Shown: piece after piece, positions 23,419-52,955 of the stretch
Layout of the letters: every line of letters begins with the position of its first letter
How positions within the stretch are numbered: position 1 is the first letter of the stretch
NCBI GenBank assembly: GCA_009602725.1
Contig: WELB01000011.1
Span: 856,748 to 909,702, forward strand
Direction: 5' to 3'
Length of the DNA: 52,955 nucleotides
Origin: Spirogloea muscicola
Taxonomy: Eukaryota
The notes under the pieces: model-generated
Told to the model about the DNA's origin: nothing
The model's input: the letters and a program-made list of their open reading frames with translations, nothing else
Databases searched by the model: none
Position numbers and translations under genes: made by a program

Positions 23419-26079
23419 GGGGCGGCGGGGCGGCGGTGCTGTACCACTACCCCTGCCCCGACGGCGCCTTCGCCGCGCTCGCCGCCCACCTCTACTACGC
23501 CGCCGCCGCCGCCGCCGTCGCCGCCGCCGCGCCGCCGGTCCGCTTCGTGCCCAACACCGTCTACTCGCCCGTGAGGTGCAGCCCTCGGCGCGGCGCCGCC
23601 GTGCCCCGGCCATGACTCCACGCCTGCCACGGCATTGAGGCGGCGGCAACTTGCCGTCGCTTGTTGTTGCTGCAGGGTGGACGACCTCGGGGATCTAAAG
23701 AGCCTGGAGGTGGTCTACCTCCTCGACTTCGCCGGGCCGCCTGGCTTTGCACACGACCTCGCCGCCAAGGCCCGCAGGTCAGCATTACCAAGCTGCCGTC
23801 TACACGTGCTCTTTGAATTGGCTGCTGGAGGCCGACACTGCGTGCTATCTGGGGCGGCAGTGGTACCTCAGTCCTGCTGGTGGCCACGCGGGGCTTCGCT
23901 TAATCATCCATCGAGGGGTTTGCACGTGGGTACACGCTGTTGAGAGCGCCGTCGCTGACTCAGTGCCGCAGCCGCATGCTGCAGTGTGGTCGTGCTGGAC
24001 CACCACAAGACATCGGCAGCGAGCCTTTTGGAACCAGGCGCGTGCCCGTCCAATCTGAGCCCCATCTTCGACTTCGGCCGGAGCGGCGCTACCATTGCCT
24101 TGGACTACTTTACAAAGCGGCTGCGTGTTGAAGGTGCGCGTGCTGGCCATGCTTCCACCTCAGTCGCTGGAGTGGGGCTAGTAGAAGCAGACTGACATGG
24201 GCGGCCCTTGTTGCTCATTGGCCGCTCTGATTTTGTGCCTGAGGTACAGGGATTCATTGATTTGCAAGCATGGTGGTTGGCCAAAGCTTAGTGAGAGATT
24301 GGAGTGGTTTGCCTGGAAATGCTATCATTAGGAGAGGCATTTTGTCTGTGGCCGTTCTGCTCCCTTCTTGCTTGTATTGGCACAACGTGGTATATGAAAA
24401 GCGTCTTCTGGGCACAGACGCCCCTGCCTCAGGCGGCACTTCCTTCCTGCTTTCCACTGCGGACGCACCCGTCCTGCAAAAGGACGCACATGCTCAAAGC
24501 ACTGATGGCTCAAGGGATGCATAATGTTGCATTGAGAGGAGTAGCTGCACTGTAGTCAATATTGCTGAGTGCCTCCCACTTCACACAATGATTTGCAGGA
24601 CTGGGGTCTGACTTGGTTGCTGAGAAGGATATAGAGCGCCTGCGACGCCTCTTTGCTTGCATTGAGGATGCGGACCTCTGGTCGTGGCAACTCACTGGAA
24701 GCAAGGCATTCACTAGCGGCCTCAATGACCTGCAGCTTGAATACGACGCCAACAAGAATCCTGAAATTTTTAACCAGGTCGAGCTGCCTGCCGACATGCT
24801 ACATTGTGCACAACATGCTGTGCAAGTACATGAGAAACACAAGTACCCTCTTGCTAGTAGACAAGGTTTGCTGTGAGAGGCTGCAAGCACACTGCTGACT
24901 TGCATATCTCCACGCTCTTCCACTTGGGCCTTCCAACTCTCAGTAGTGTCTCTCGTTTGTTACGCTAGAGACGCGTCAACTGAGATCAGCTTATCTATGA
25001 CATTGTGCTCGTGCAAGTTGTGGCCTCGCAACCGTTGGTTGTCGTGCTCATGCACAAGTCCTACTGGCATGGTTGCAGCTGCAAGCCTTGGTGCCGGAAG
25101 ATGTCATAGCCATTGGCAAGAAGATCATGCTGCCGAGGCAAAAGCAGATTGATGGAGCTCTTGGAGCTTCTTTTACCATCAACCTTGGTCAGGGAACATT
25201 TGGAAGCTGCCTGGTGCACATCTCTTTCGTTATCCCAAAGCCACTCCGTGCGTAATAAAAGTACTACAGTAAGATTCCTGCTTATATCAGCTGGCTTTCT
25301 CGGCCTGCAGATGCGCACTGCCTCTTCCCGCTTCTGAGAGCAATGAACATGTAGCCATGGCAACTCACTATGGGCATAAGCTGCTCTCATCGTCGCCTGC
25401 TGACACTTCGAGCGACAGGCTGTTAGGGTCGATGATGCGCTGTCCCGCTTGAGGAGCGCTATTGGTCATGAGCTGGCGGAGAAGAGCAAAAAGGCTGGCC
25501 TTAGGTCTGCCGTGGACCTTGCCTAATAACTAAGAAGCCACAGAGCAGGCATCGATGGTTGCAATAGCAGTCCCTGCCTTGGCTGTTTTCGATGTCTGGC
25601 TCAGGTTCCTCAGCAATGGCCGCTCATCCTTCTTCTAGAAGAATGAAATTCTGCTTACCCTTCTTATATTCTGCCTGCAGGGGCATTGGGGCCGTAGTGT
25701 ATGTGGTGCCACATTTGCAGGATTCATCAATGTTGAAGGTCAGCTTGCGAAGCCTGGATGAGATAGAGGAGAACACCACGCCCATCTCTGAGGTATTTAA
25801 TTCAGCAAGAGCCTCGATCATCATCTAGATACTATTGTTACATCCTGCATGATTTGTGAGCGCTTGCTCGAACGACCGCCATGCCCCATGCAGACTGCTT
25901 GTTATGTCTTTGTTGACATCTTGAGCTACATGCTGACTCTGCATCAGAGTAGCTCAATGCCCGCGGTATGCTGCCTACTGCAGGCATATGGAGGTGGAGG
26001 CCATCGGGCTGCAAGTTCCTTCATGATAGCTACAGATGCATTCGACTGTTGGATAGCGAGACCGGCCAATGTAAGCTGA
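23419..26079 (+). CDS. DHH/DHHA1-family phosphoesterase (uncharacterised plant type); start in N gap
   Basis: Motifs in order: VLYHYPCPDGAFAA, VYLLDF, VVLDHHKT, FDFGRSGATIALDYF, IEDADLW, KVSLRS, YGGGGHRAASSF; ~9 GT-AG exons; TGA 26077-26079. Confidence 0.85.
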
Positions 26080-26646
26080 AAGGGCACCGAGCTTACAAGA
26101 TTGTTCCCAACAGCACTCACGACGCTTTGTAGAGGTAGACAGGAAGGAAGAAGGACAATGGACAAGTATTCCTTACTTACACCACAAAACACATGTTGAT
26201 ATTATGCACAGCGTCTGTGTTCACGCAACATGCTCAGTGCATACTTTCTCACATGTTCATCACTGGGGACATCAAAGGCCAAGATATCGAGTCACCGCTG
26301 CTGAGATTGATGGGTAAGATGTATGGCGAGGCGTAATCATTGTTAAAGCGTGGGGGTTGAAGCGATGTCACTTTATCAGGATTAGATAATTCAGGTCTGA
26401 AGCGCCAGGCTCGAGACAAATGGGGATGAATGTGGATGTGTTGCAAAGGAATGACTGCGTAAACTTGGTACGCATGGTCGCTAAGCATGTGCTAGTGGAT
26501 CCACTGAATGAGTGAGAAAGTACTGGCACAAGCTGGCGGTGCCTTTGCTCGACACCAGGTCAGCGAGCGGGTCACTGGCCGTTTATGTAGATGGTTGTCA
26601 AAAATTAGATAAATGCGAAGGGAAGCTGCTACACTTTCTTGGCGCT

Positions 26647-44507
<17,861 letters not shown>

Positions 44508-45160
44508 GGTGGCAATCTACGCATGCAGCTGGGCAGCCTAGCGGGCGGGGAAAGACAGGCGGGGGTAGTCCTCGTCCTCCTCATCGTCCTCCATGGCAGG
44601 TCAGCTGGCCCGCCAATAGGCAGCCGCCGCCGCCGGTCTTGCTCGCACACCACAGGGAGCAGAATGGGGCACGCCGACTGCAGCCTGCAGGAGGACCTCG
44701 CTTCCCGAGCAACTGCTGCTCCGACATCCGGTGATTTCCCGGCCGCGGCAAACCGGCCGCGCTGGGAGACGAAGTCGTCACTAGCTGTGCACAATTGGCG
44801 GTCCTGAGGCGGCGGCGGCGCCAGCGGCGCCGGCGGTGGCAGGGCTGGCCGTTGCTGGATGACCAGTGTTATGAGGAAATGGAGGCTTGGGAAAGGGTGG
44901 AGTTCTCCCCACGGCCGTCCATCCTTTGAGAATCCGCTAATGTGAAGTCTCTTAATATAGCCATTAGTAGATAGTTACCTAGGAGGAAACGCAACCGCCG
45001 GCCCCTGGGTAGCCATGTTGGAATCCGCGCCAAGGACAGACAGCCAGGAGGACCGGTGGTTCTGTAGAGTCTTTCCAAGACCTCCGGTCTGCAGGCGGAG
45101 CCCCAGGGTCGCCACTGAACCCCTCCCCCGGCCAGGCGCCGACGCCGCCTCCCGGCCGCC

Positions 45161-46687
45161 ATGGCCGCCCCGGGCGGCCGTGGCGGGCCGTCCATCTTCG
45201 CGCCCGCGCTAGAAGCCATCCCCCGCTCGCGCGCCACCGACGGCCAGCTCCTCACCGACCCCTTCCTCAAGCTCTGCCGCCTCGTCCTGCCAGTCATTGG
45301 TCCGTCCGGCGACCCGTCCAGGCCCACTCCAGGGCCCCTCCGTGTCGCAGCGGCCAAGTCCGGCCGTCTTCACAATTTGGACGCTTCTCCACGGTCCAGA
45401 ATGCTTGCATCCGGCGCGAAAAGCTCCAACTCTCCACCTTATACATCCTCGCTTGTTGCATTGTAGCAGACAAATTCGGCTCCGCGCTTGTCATGGTCAA
45501 GGGCGACATTGGCGGGAACATCGAGGTCTGCGCTCCCGCGACCACTAGGAAGCAATAAAAATTTGTCGATAAGTAGCAGGTTTCCTAACAGCTGCATCTC
45601 ACAAAGCTACATTGGCTCTCTTGGCCCACTTTGGCTGAGTGCGGCACCTTCCTGTTGCATGAGTTGGCAATCTCACGTCTTGCAGCGGCTCGAGAAGGCC
45701 TATGCGTTGGATCCGCCGACATACGAGCTGCTCTACGATATCGTCAAGGCAGAGGCCGCCCAAGGCACAGCTCGCGGATCATCCAGCAATAGCAATGGAT
45801 TGCTCTGGCTGACAAGGTAAAGCTGCTTGATGCTGGAGCTTGGCTAGCTTGCGCCTCTTCCTCGGGACCAGAGTCCTACATTTATGCAGACATACTGGGC
45901 CATGTGTCAAGGTGGCCTGCCTCAGAAGACACGCTTTATCTTGAGAGCCTGCTGCACAGTCAGAGGTCCCCAGAGGGTTGACATTCGTGTTCCTTGGACC
46001 AGAGCGATGGACTTCTTGGTTGCTCTTCTGCGTGAGCTGAGAGCACACCAGGAGTGGTCAATGGCACAAGTAGCACGGGAAGCGTATGCAGAGACACTTA
46101 AGCAGTATCACGGATGGATAGCACAAGCAGCATTTACTGTAAGCCACAACGAGACTACCAAGTGCACTACCTGTTGAGCTGCCAGCTGTTGTACGTCCTT
46201 TCAAGCCGAAGCTTATGCAACCAAGATCTGCTTGCTGTTCTTGTTCACTATTGACCTGAACCTATATCCTCACTTTGCCAGACAATATCTTAAGTACTTG
46301 ACCTCCTCCATTGATGTAGGTGGCATTGCAACTGATACCAAGCAGGGAGACATTCATGGACAAACTTGGAGGTGGACCCCTTGAGAAGGACATGGACGAA
46401 TTTGTCAAGGACTTCTCGCCCTTGCTGCTTGACAACCATGACTTCCTGGTACGAGGCAAATTGCTTGCATTGCAAGCATTGTGCTAATTCACGAGGTCAA
46501 TGACTTCAAGTAATACACTACAAGCAGGATATGCTACAAGTTGCAAGGTGTTGGGATGCTTAGCAGCTGAGCATCCAATTATATATTTGGAAGTGGAGCT
46601 CTAGCACTCCAAGTTAGGGGTGTGCTGATGAGGACACTCCCGCCTTTGCAGAGAAGCGTGGACTTGGATAACATGAAAGCAGCCTGA
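45161..46687 (+). CDS. GLTP1: Glycolipid transfer protein 1-like, 6 exons
   Basis: LLTDPFLKLCRLVLPVI|DKFGSALVMVKGDIGGNIE|RLE..GSSSNSNGLLWLTR|AMDFL..AYAETLKQYHGWIAQAAFT|VALQLIPSRETF..NHDFL|RSVDLDNMKAA*. Confidence 0.93.
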
Positions 46688-47379
46688 TTTGTCCCCCTCG
46701 CATTACTTGAACTATCCAAGAAATCAGTACTTGACTGCCATGAGACAAGGAGCGCTTCTTCATCCATGTCAGTAGGTGCTGTCACTTTTGAGTTGTACAG
46801 ACTGTATCATATTTCCATCGGAATATGGAAGCCCGGGTCGCTCCATCAAGAATGGTCTATTGACATAATGAGTGAGTCTTGGTGAATTGTGATATGATGA
46901 TTCTGCAGCTTGATGCTGCTATGCTAGGAAGTTCTCCCTTGCCCTCAGTGGTCTCTAGATATGCGACTTGGGCACGAGAGACAGAGGCACGAGAATCTCA
47001 CTTCAAGGCATCATGGCAATCTGCACAAGGATGTCTTGCCGGACTTGACGTTTATGATGGTAGCAGCTTTTATACTAAGACACACTTCTATTGCTCTCTG
47101 CCCACCACCATACTCCCCTTACCCTACATACTTGAGCACCAGTGACCTCTCTGAGGAACGCCTTGAAGCCTGCAAAATCATTTGCTGAAAGATATGGTGC
47201 AACCTCAGAAGCTAGTCTCATGTGAGACACGCCTCTATGTAACATATGGGATAATAGAGTACATCAAAAAAAATCTAGGTGCTAGGTGTATCTCAAGCTA
47301 GAGCAAGGTAGTCAGCAGGGGAAAGGAAAGCGCATGCTGTCCTATGCCAGCAATCTGAATCAACAAATGTCAAGCAATT

Positions 47380-49571
47380 CTATTGCTGCCTCTGGCGAGT
47401 GAAAAATATCCGTCGGAGGCCCATTGCAACTGAGACTGTGGCGAGGAGAACAAGACCTCCCAAGCGTTCGCTAGTAGTCATAATTCGTTGTCTTGGTTGT
47501 GAGAAAGCTTCGCTGACTGATGCAAACACAGTGGTAGTTGGGCTGCTACGATGCCACTCTAGTTGAAGATGGCGTGCCTTGTCAACTTCTTGCGTACAAA
47601 CTTGCCCAGCCTTTTCTCCAATGGTATCTAAAGCTGATGCAATAGTGACAACAGGTTCACCAGAAACCCCAGTTTTGATGAATAGGATTGGAACTAGTCC
47701 AAGTAGGCAGCCAATAGTGACTCCAACTGATGCACCAGTCGTTTCTGCCCACCATGCCTCCTTCATTTGCATCTGAATGCATTCCCTCCCAAAGCACAGC
47801 TGTATCAGCTCAATTGATCCATCCAACACTGGCTCCCATTAATCACATATAGGGTCTGCAAGTGAGAGCTTCTAGATTTGACTGTCACCATTTTGCAGCT
47901 TGAATAGTAAGTAGCATGAGTTACCCTTTGGGCCCCTCATAAGAAGTAGTCATGCAACTGGACCTTCGGAAATCAAGTCATTGCTAGGAGTGTCTGAAGG
48001 CCCACAGAAAGCAAACTGCTTTGAGCATAGCAAGGAGGAGGCTATCCTGAAGTCAAGTAGATCGGCGATGGCAACAGAATGGGACGCGAGAGTAGATTTT
48101 GTAGTCTGTGACTAACCTGCACAGGTGACACCCTTGATGAAGGCATGAAATTGCTGGAGACGCCTTCAATGTACTCCCGGAATGCAGTGCCAACAAGGTC
48201 AGCTATTGCATTCCCCAGCCCTGCAGACTGACAAGCGCGAACACAAAGAGTAGTCAATCAGGACAGTGAATGTGAGGCACTGGCGTAAGAAGGCCCCAAG
48301 GCAAGACTTGCTTCTTTTGCTGAAACTTCTGTTAGTTCTTCACTGAATGAGACATTTGATCCAAAGCTCTGGGAACCAAGGACCCTTGATTTATCATCCT
48401 CACCAGCAAAGTAGGCAGGTTCAAGGTAGCACCAATGGAATTCTGAATGGCATCCCCAGCAATAATCATGATGGCATTGTCTGCAAGCCCACAAGAACAC
48501 AGCTGAGATGCATGTCATGTGGGTGATGCTCAGGCACTCAGGCGCCAGTCTTGCAAGCCACTGCGCCACTTGCCCAGATCCCAATCTGGAAGCACAAGAA
48601 CACTGCTAAGAGCGGACTGATAACCAGAGCTGCACATGTCAAAGGCTGATACAGCAAAAATGCCAGTCCATGCACCTCCACAGAGCTCGTACTCAGGATT
48701 GAGAGACATATAGGTAGCTGTGGGAAATAGATTGTTAGTAAGGCCATGGAGCTAGGACTGACCTGTGAATCCAAAGCCAATCATCCCTGAGTAACAACGC
48801 ACACAGGAACACATTGTGAGTTATGAATAATTTGCAGATATGTGCAGAGGCCGTTTAGGAGTCCCGAGCTACCAAGCCCCTTCCAGCATTTGGCAGGTGC
48901 TCCAGGGCTGGTATTCAGAAAGCCATACGTGCAGTAAAGCCACATGCAGCAAGAAGGAGGAGCCAGTTGCTTGGTTAGGTTAGCTATCAAGGTGCAGCTG
49001 TTATCTCTAATAGCTGTTCCGAGACCTGACTTGCATGAGTGACTGACCTATGGCTGCCCTCAACGTGAGGTGTAACAGCTGCTTCTCCGTGAGCGGCTTC
49101 TCCGAGGCGCCATACTTGATGGCTTGAGCCTCCACATAGCTGGAGAATTCCTTCTGGTCCAGCACCCCGTCCTTGTTGGTATCGGCCTCCAAGAAATGCA
49201 AGTCAGCATTGTCAGAAGCTGCACAGACAGAGAGGGTTGTAAGATGCTGTACGAGCATGGGCTGCCGGACACGTGTTCCTACACCGAGCGAGCTTGTTCT
49301 CAAGTAGCTATTTCAGAAGCATCTGTATCCATGTGGGTCTCTCCAACCATACGAGCCTAGCACAGGGACGGTGCTTCCCAAGGGGCATGAGATGGGCTTC
49401 TTTCCTTCCATTGGCCTCACAGGTCAACCAAAAGTTGGACAGCATTCGAGATTGGTGGCATACCGCTTGAGTACAGTGCTGCAAGGATCGCTGCTCTGCC
49501 TTGCTGGTCAATTCTGGAGATGAGGCCTGTTGCGACATCCGCGGCAACGATGGCGTCGCTCTGCTAAGCAC
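47380..49571 (-). CDS. TMEM65-like membrane protein preceded by an EF-hand; 5' exons uncertain (may extend to ATG at 50189)
   Basis: FLEADTNKDGVLDQKEF (canonical EF loop), then PLTEKQLLHLTLRAAI|GMIGFGFT|DNAIMIIAGDAIQNSIGATLNLPTL|SAGLGNAIADLVG..|GASVGVTIGCLLGLVPILF, matching recalled TMEM65 motifs. Confidence 0.8.
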
Positions 49572-49814
49572 AGGGGGAACGGGGAGCCTGTTCTGTCACG
49601 ACAGTCCCCCCCAGTGGGAGCAAGCGCACATGTAGAGCGAGCACAGACCGCAAGCTTCAGCAACTAGTGGAAGAATTGTGTAGCTGACAAGGCGGGACAC
49701 ACTGGGCTGCCGCTGCGAGCCCATGGTAGGAGCGGCCTGCAGCGGCGGCGGCGGCGAATAGTGGGCTTGGTGCAAAGGTGTTCAGCATTGGTGCGCAGCT
49801 CAGTGGGAGCTCAC

Positions 49815-50189
49815 CGCCAGAGTCTCGACCAGCCGGTCGACCAGCTGCTGGTTATCCATCGCCGCGATCCCGTCGCCGGGCCCGCCGCCGCCGCGCAGCA
49901 TCGTGGCGTCGCCGCCCGCCCCCTCCGCGTCCGCCAGCGTCAAGGCGGCGGCGGCGTCCTCGGGCTCGGCGCGGCAGGNNNNNNNNNNNNNNNNNNNNNN
50001 NNNNNNNNNNNNNNNNNNNNNNNNNNNNNNNNNNNNNNNNNNNNNNNNNNNNNNNNNNNNNNNNNNNNNNNNNNNNNNNNNNNNNNNNNNNNNNNNNNNN
50101 NNNNNNNNNNNNNNNNNNNNNNNNNNNNNNNNNNNNGCGGCGGCGGCGAGGCCCGGCCAAGCGGCCGGGCCGGGCGCCGCGGCCGCCAT
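49815..50189 (-). CDS. GC-rich putative first exon(s) spanning an N gap; probably the 5' end of the TMEM65-like gene
   Basis: gccgccATGgcg at 50189, Ala/Gly-rich frame, strong donor GCG|gtgagc near 49814, GGCCCA/GGGCCC site-II-like motifs at 50237-50257. Linkage to downstream exons not proven. Confidence 0.4.
49979..50136. other. Assembly gap in a GC-rich putative first exon
   Basis: Run of N. Confidence 0.99.
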
Positions 50190-50490
50190 GGCGGCGGCGC
50201 GGCACAAACCGGACTAACGAGGGCGGTGGGGCGCCCGGCCCATCTGGGAACGGGCCCGCGCATTGTCCGCCCCAACGGCGGCGGCCACTAGCCCGCACCC
50301 CCGACGACCCTCTGACCGGACTCCGCCCTTGCGAAGTGCTTGCCTCTGTACTTGACTAGGAGATTGTTGCGGCTGCTGTGAGACTTTACTATCTTGCTTT
50401 TTCGCGCCATCCGGCCCTTTCTTCAGACTGTCCATTCCCTTTGGACAAGATGAATTGACCTCCCTCTAATTTCATGCGCGCGCCTTAACT

Positions 50491-50526
50491 CTTTGGGCTG
50501 GCCTCTCACAGAAAGAAAGAAAGAAA
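50491..50526 (+). mobile_element. Retroelement 3' terminus followed by (GAAA)4
   Basis: ctttgggctggcctctcaca matches the terminus at 9800-9781 (ttttcgggctggcttctcaca); gaaa x4 at 50511-50526. Confidence 0.6.
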
Positions 50527-51060
50527 TTGCTCGCCCATAGAGACGTCGTCCTAACCGACAGCTTCCGGACGAAGGGCCCCATTACTTCTGAGACCGGCTA
50601 TGCCGTGAAGGTGGCCGAACAGAAGAAGTTGAACCAGTACAAGGACCACCCGGCGGGTGATACCTTTTACCTCCTGGCCATGGACATCCACGGGTGTTAC
50701 GGGGGTCGGTGTTCCTCGTTACCTTCGCTGCTGGCCTCTCAAGCTGACCAGCGGCGCCGGGAACAGGGTGCAGCCCTTCCCGGTGGCTCGGTGCCTTTGG
50801 GTCTTGTGTCCTGCTACCGGATGCGTCTGTCCATGTGTCTACAGAGGTCCCAGGCGATTGCTTTGCATCGCCGGGCTGGTCGCGCCCTTGCAGCAGCCTC
50901 TGGTCTGCGCAGCGGGGTTGCTCTTCCTCCCCTCACCTCATCTGAATTCCTACTGCTGACACGGGGGTATTGAGGGCACCCTGTCTGCCTAGCCTTTGGT
51001 TCCGTCATGAACACCTGTATGCATCTGGCTGGCAGTTTACATAGAGAAGAGGGGCTGGCA
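50527..51060 (+). mobile_element. 5'-truncated CRE-like non-LTR retrotransposon (RLE domain C-terminal half plus 3' UTR)
   Basis: DVVLTD..GYAVKVAEQKKLNQY..FYLLAMDIHGCYG..YRMRLSMCLQRSQAIALHRRAGRALAAASGLR..LLLTRGY* ; colinear with the 10250-9881 copy. 3' boundary approximate. Confidence 0.85.
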
Positions 51061-51104
51061 ACGGCAGCCCAAAAACTGGAAGCGCGGCCAGAATGACTGG
51101 TGGC

Positions 51105-51167
51105 TGGAAAAGGCCAGCCCAAAGGAATGGACAAGGTCTGAAGGAGCCGGAGTACAAGGACTGGGAC
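51105..51167 (-). mobile_element. Retroelement 3' terminus interrupted by the Harbinger insertion
   Basis: aaaaggccagcccaaaggaatggacaaggtctgaaggagccggagtac aligns with 10411-10455 and 9702-9730. Confidence 0.65.
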
Positions 51168-51170
51168 TAA

Positions 51171-52600
51171 GGGCCTGTTTACACTTGGTCGCGCGGTCAC
51201 GCACGTGCTGACCGCCGGGTCAATGGGCTGGTCGCCGCCACGGAGGCCGAGGCCGCCTGCACGTGCGGAACCACCTCCCAAGCCCCGCTAGGTCGGATTG
51301 GCTGCCCGGCGCATCAGGGCAGCAGCTTCAAACCCCGGCAGCAGCGCCGCCTCCCGCCGCCTGGTCGAGCGACCCCGCAGGCGTACGCTCCCCCCTCCCG
51401 CTGCCGACCAGGCCTGCAGGCATGGGGCCCGAGCGGAGGCGAATCTGCTGCGTCATGATGACAGTCCTGCGCTCTACGGAGGCGGAGGCGGAGGCGGAGA
51501 CGCCGGCGGAGGCGAATGTGCTGCCGCTCTTGCAGCACATCGAGATCATGGCGCTCACGGCGCTCGTGGCCACGATGTTGCTGCGAGGGGAGGTGGAGAG
51601 AACACCGCGCCTCCTGTGGAGCTCCACTCAGCCGACCGGCTGGCTCCACCAGCTGCAGGTCGACTTCACCGAGGAGCAATCCGGAAGCGCGTGAGAGTGT
51701 CGCGCAGAGTCTTTGACAGGCTGGTCCAGGCTCTCCGCGGCGCGATCGAGAAGCGGGACACGGACTACAGAGCAGCTGTGCCGGTGGAAGCAAGGCTTTC
51801 GGCCACGCTGCACAACCTGGCAACCGGATGTGGACTCAGGGACACAGCCGATCTTATCGGGATGGCGGCGTGCACGGCTAGCGTCATCGTCAGACAGGTG
51901 CTGCTCGCTGTCAAGGACATCCTGCTTCCGGTGCAAGTCAGGTGGCAAACACACGCGGGGATGGATGGCATGGCCGCCGAGTTCCGGGAGCTCGCAGGCA
52001 TCCCGTACGTCATTGGCGCAGTCGACGGCTCCCACATCCCGATCATCCGGCCAAGTGTTGATCCCCAAGACTACTACATCCGTAAGAGCCACTACTCAGT
52101 GCTTCTGCAAGTGGTGGCCGACGCAAAGCGCAAGATCTGGGACTTCGACGTCGGCCGGTGCGCCAGCATGCACGACTGTGCGGTCTTCCAGAAGAGCGGG
52201 ATCGTTCGGGCGTGCGCGGAAGGAAGACTTGGCCACTACTGTTTGCTTGGGGATGCAGCCTACCCGCCGCACGGATACATGCTGAGTCCATACAAAGGCT
52301 GCCGGGAGCGTTGTCAGCATTCCAAAAGAGCTGGAATGTCAAACAGTCAAGCTCCAGGATGGTGGTCGAGCACGCGTTGGGACATCTCAAGGGGCGGTTC
52401 AGGATACTGCAGAAGCGGGTGGACGTAGAGCTCAACACTGTGCCCCTCCATGTCGGCTGCAGCTGCCCCGCCGACTGCGGCTGTCCGAGGACTGCGCGGC
52501 CTTGGCGATCAGGCTGGCGCTCTGACAGCGCTGCAGGCCAGAGCTGCCGGGAGGCGGGCGGGAGGGCGCGCGACCTCGCTCCTGATCAGGAGAGGGAAAA
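51171..52600 (+). mobile_element. PIF/Harbinger DNA transposon, decayed; left TIR present, right end not seen
   Basis: TAA (51168-51170) directly followed by GGGCCTGTTT, the typical PIF/Tourist target and TIR start, then a HARBI1-type transposase. Confidence 0.85.
51422..52465 (+). pseudogene. Harbinger (DDE_Tnp_4) transposase pseudogene
   Basis: RVSRRVFDRLV, VPVEARLSATLHNLATG, VIGAVDGSHIPI, YYIRKSHYSVLLQVVAD, SMHDCAVF, LLGDAAYP, SRMVVEHALGHLKGRFRIL; frameshifts near 51680 and 52298; the expected C-terminal LHN motif is missing. Confidence 0.9.
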
Positions 52601-52767
52601 GGGAGGGAGAATGGCGGGTGCGACGGGGAGGCTGGTCAAGCTCCCCCTGGCCTGCCAAGGAGGATGGGGGGGGGGGGTGGTTTTTGTATTGAATTTCCGT
52701 GTATTTGGCGGGGTGGGGGTGCCAGCTGTCCCCTATTCGGGCAGGCAGGGCAGCCTCCCTTTTGCTC

Positions 52768-52955
52768 TTGCGACGTCGAGTTTTCGGCCTGTTTGCAGCG
52801 TGCTCAGGCTAGTGCCTTGCACCAGAAAGCTGGGCGAGCTCTAGTAGGTGGCAGAAGGGCTCCGTTCCTGGCATCTAGTATTCATGCATCGAGTAGTGAC
52901 CTTTATGTTTTGACCCGTGGTTATTGAGCGGGTCAATCTGCTGTAGGTTATGTAG
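52768..52955 (+). mobile_element. Further CRE-like retrotransposon 3' fragment, running off the window end
   Basis: FSACLQRAQASALHQKAGRAL..SSSDLYVLTRGY* (TGA 52925-52927). Confidence 0.8.

Noticed and set aside
52786..52794. GGCCTGTTT as the right Harbinger TIR
   Set aside because: Same orientation as the left TIR, lies inside retroelement coding sequence, and has no TAA/TTA flank.

Overview
Eukaryotic, intron-containing, gene-dense nuclear DNA. Gene content (plastid MET1/ZKT and FAD4, plant-type BchB and GLTP), 100-300 bp GT-AG introns and very GC-rich first exons suggest a streptophyte green alga (inference). About 12 protein genes are readable by splicing exons by eye: eIF2D (5'-truncated), a KLC-like TPR gene, MET1/ZKT, ELP6, NOP56, an FAD monooxygenase, a short TPR protein, FAD4, a DHH/DHHA1 phosphoesterase, an 18-kb BEACH gene, GLTP and an EF-hand/TMEM65-like gene. 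Two intergenic patches (~9.4-10.5 kb and ~50.5-53 kb) are stacks of 5'-truncated non-LTR retrotransposon 3' ends (restriction-like endonuclease, CRE-type), the second also hit by a decayed PIF/Harbinger element. The most interesting signals are these self-nested retroelement stacks with a shared terminal motif, a structured box C/D-like RNA in a NOP56 intron, the EF-hand-TMEM65 fusion and an ELP6 copy lacking its start. There is no prokaryotic system, CRISPR array, rRNA or tRNA gene. Family assignments come from recalled motifs, not database searches. Three long N gaps and two single-N joins limit 5' annotation.
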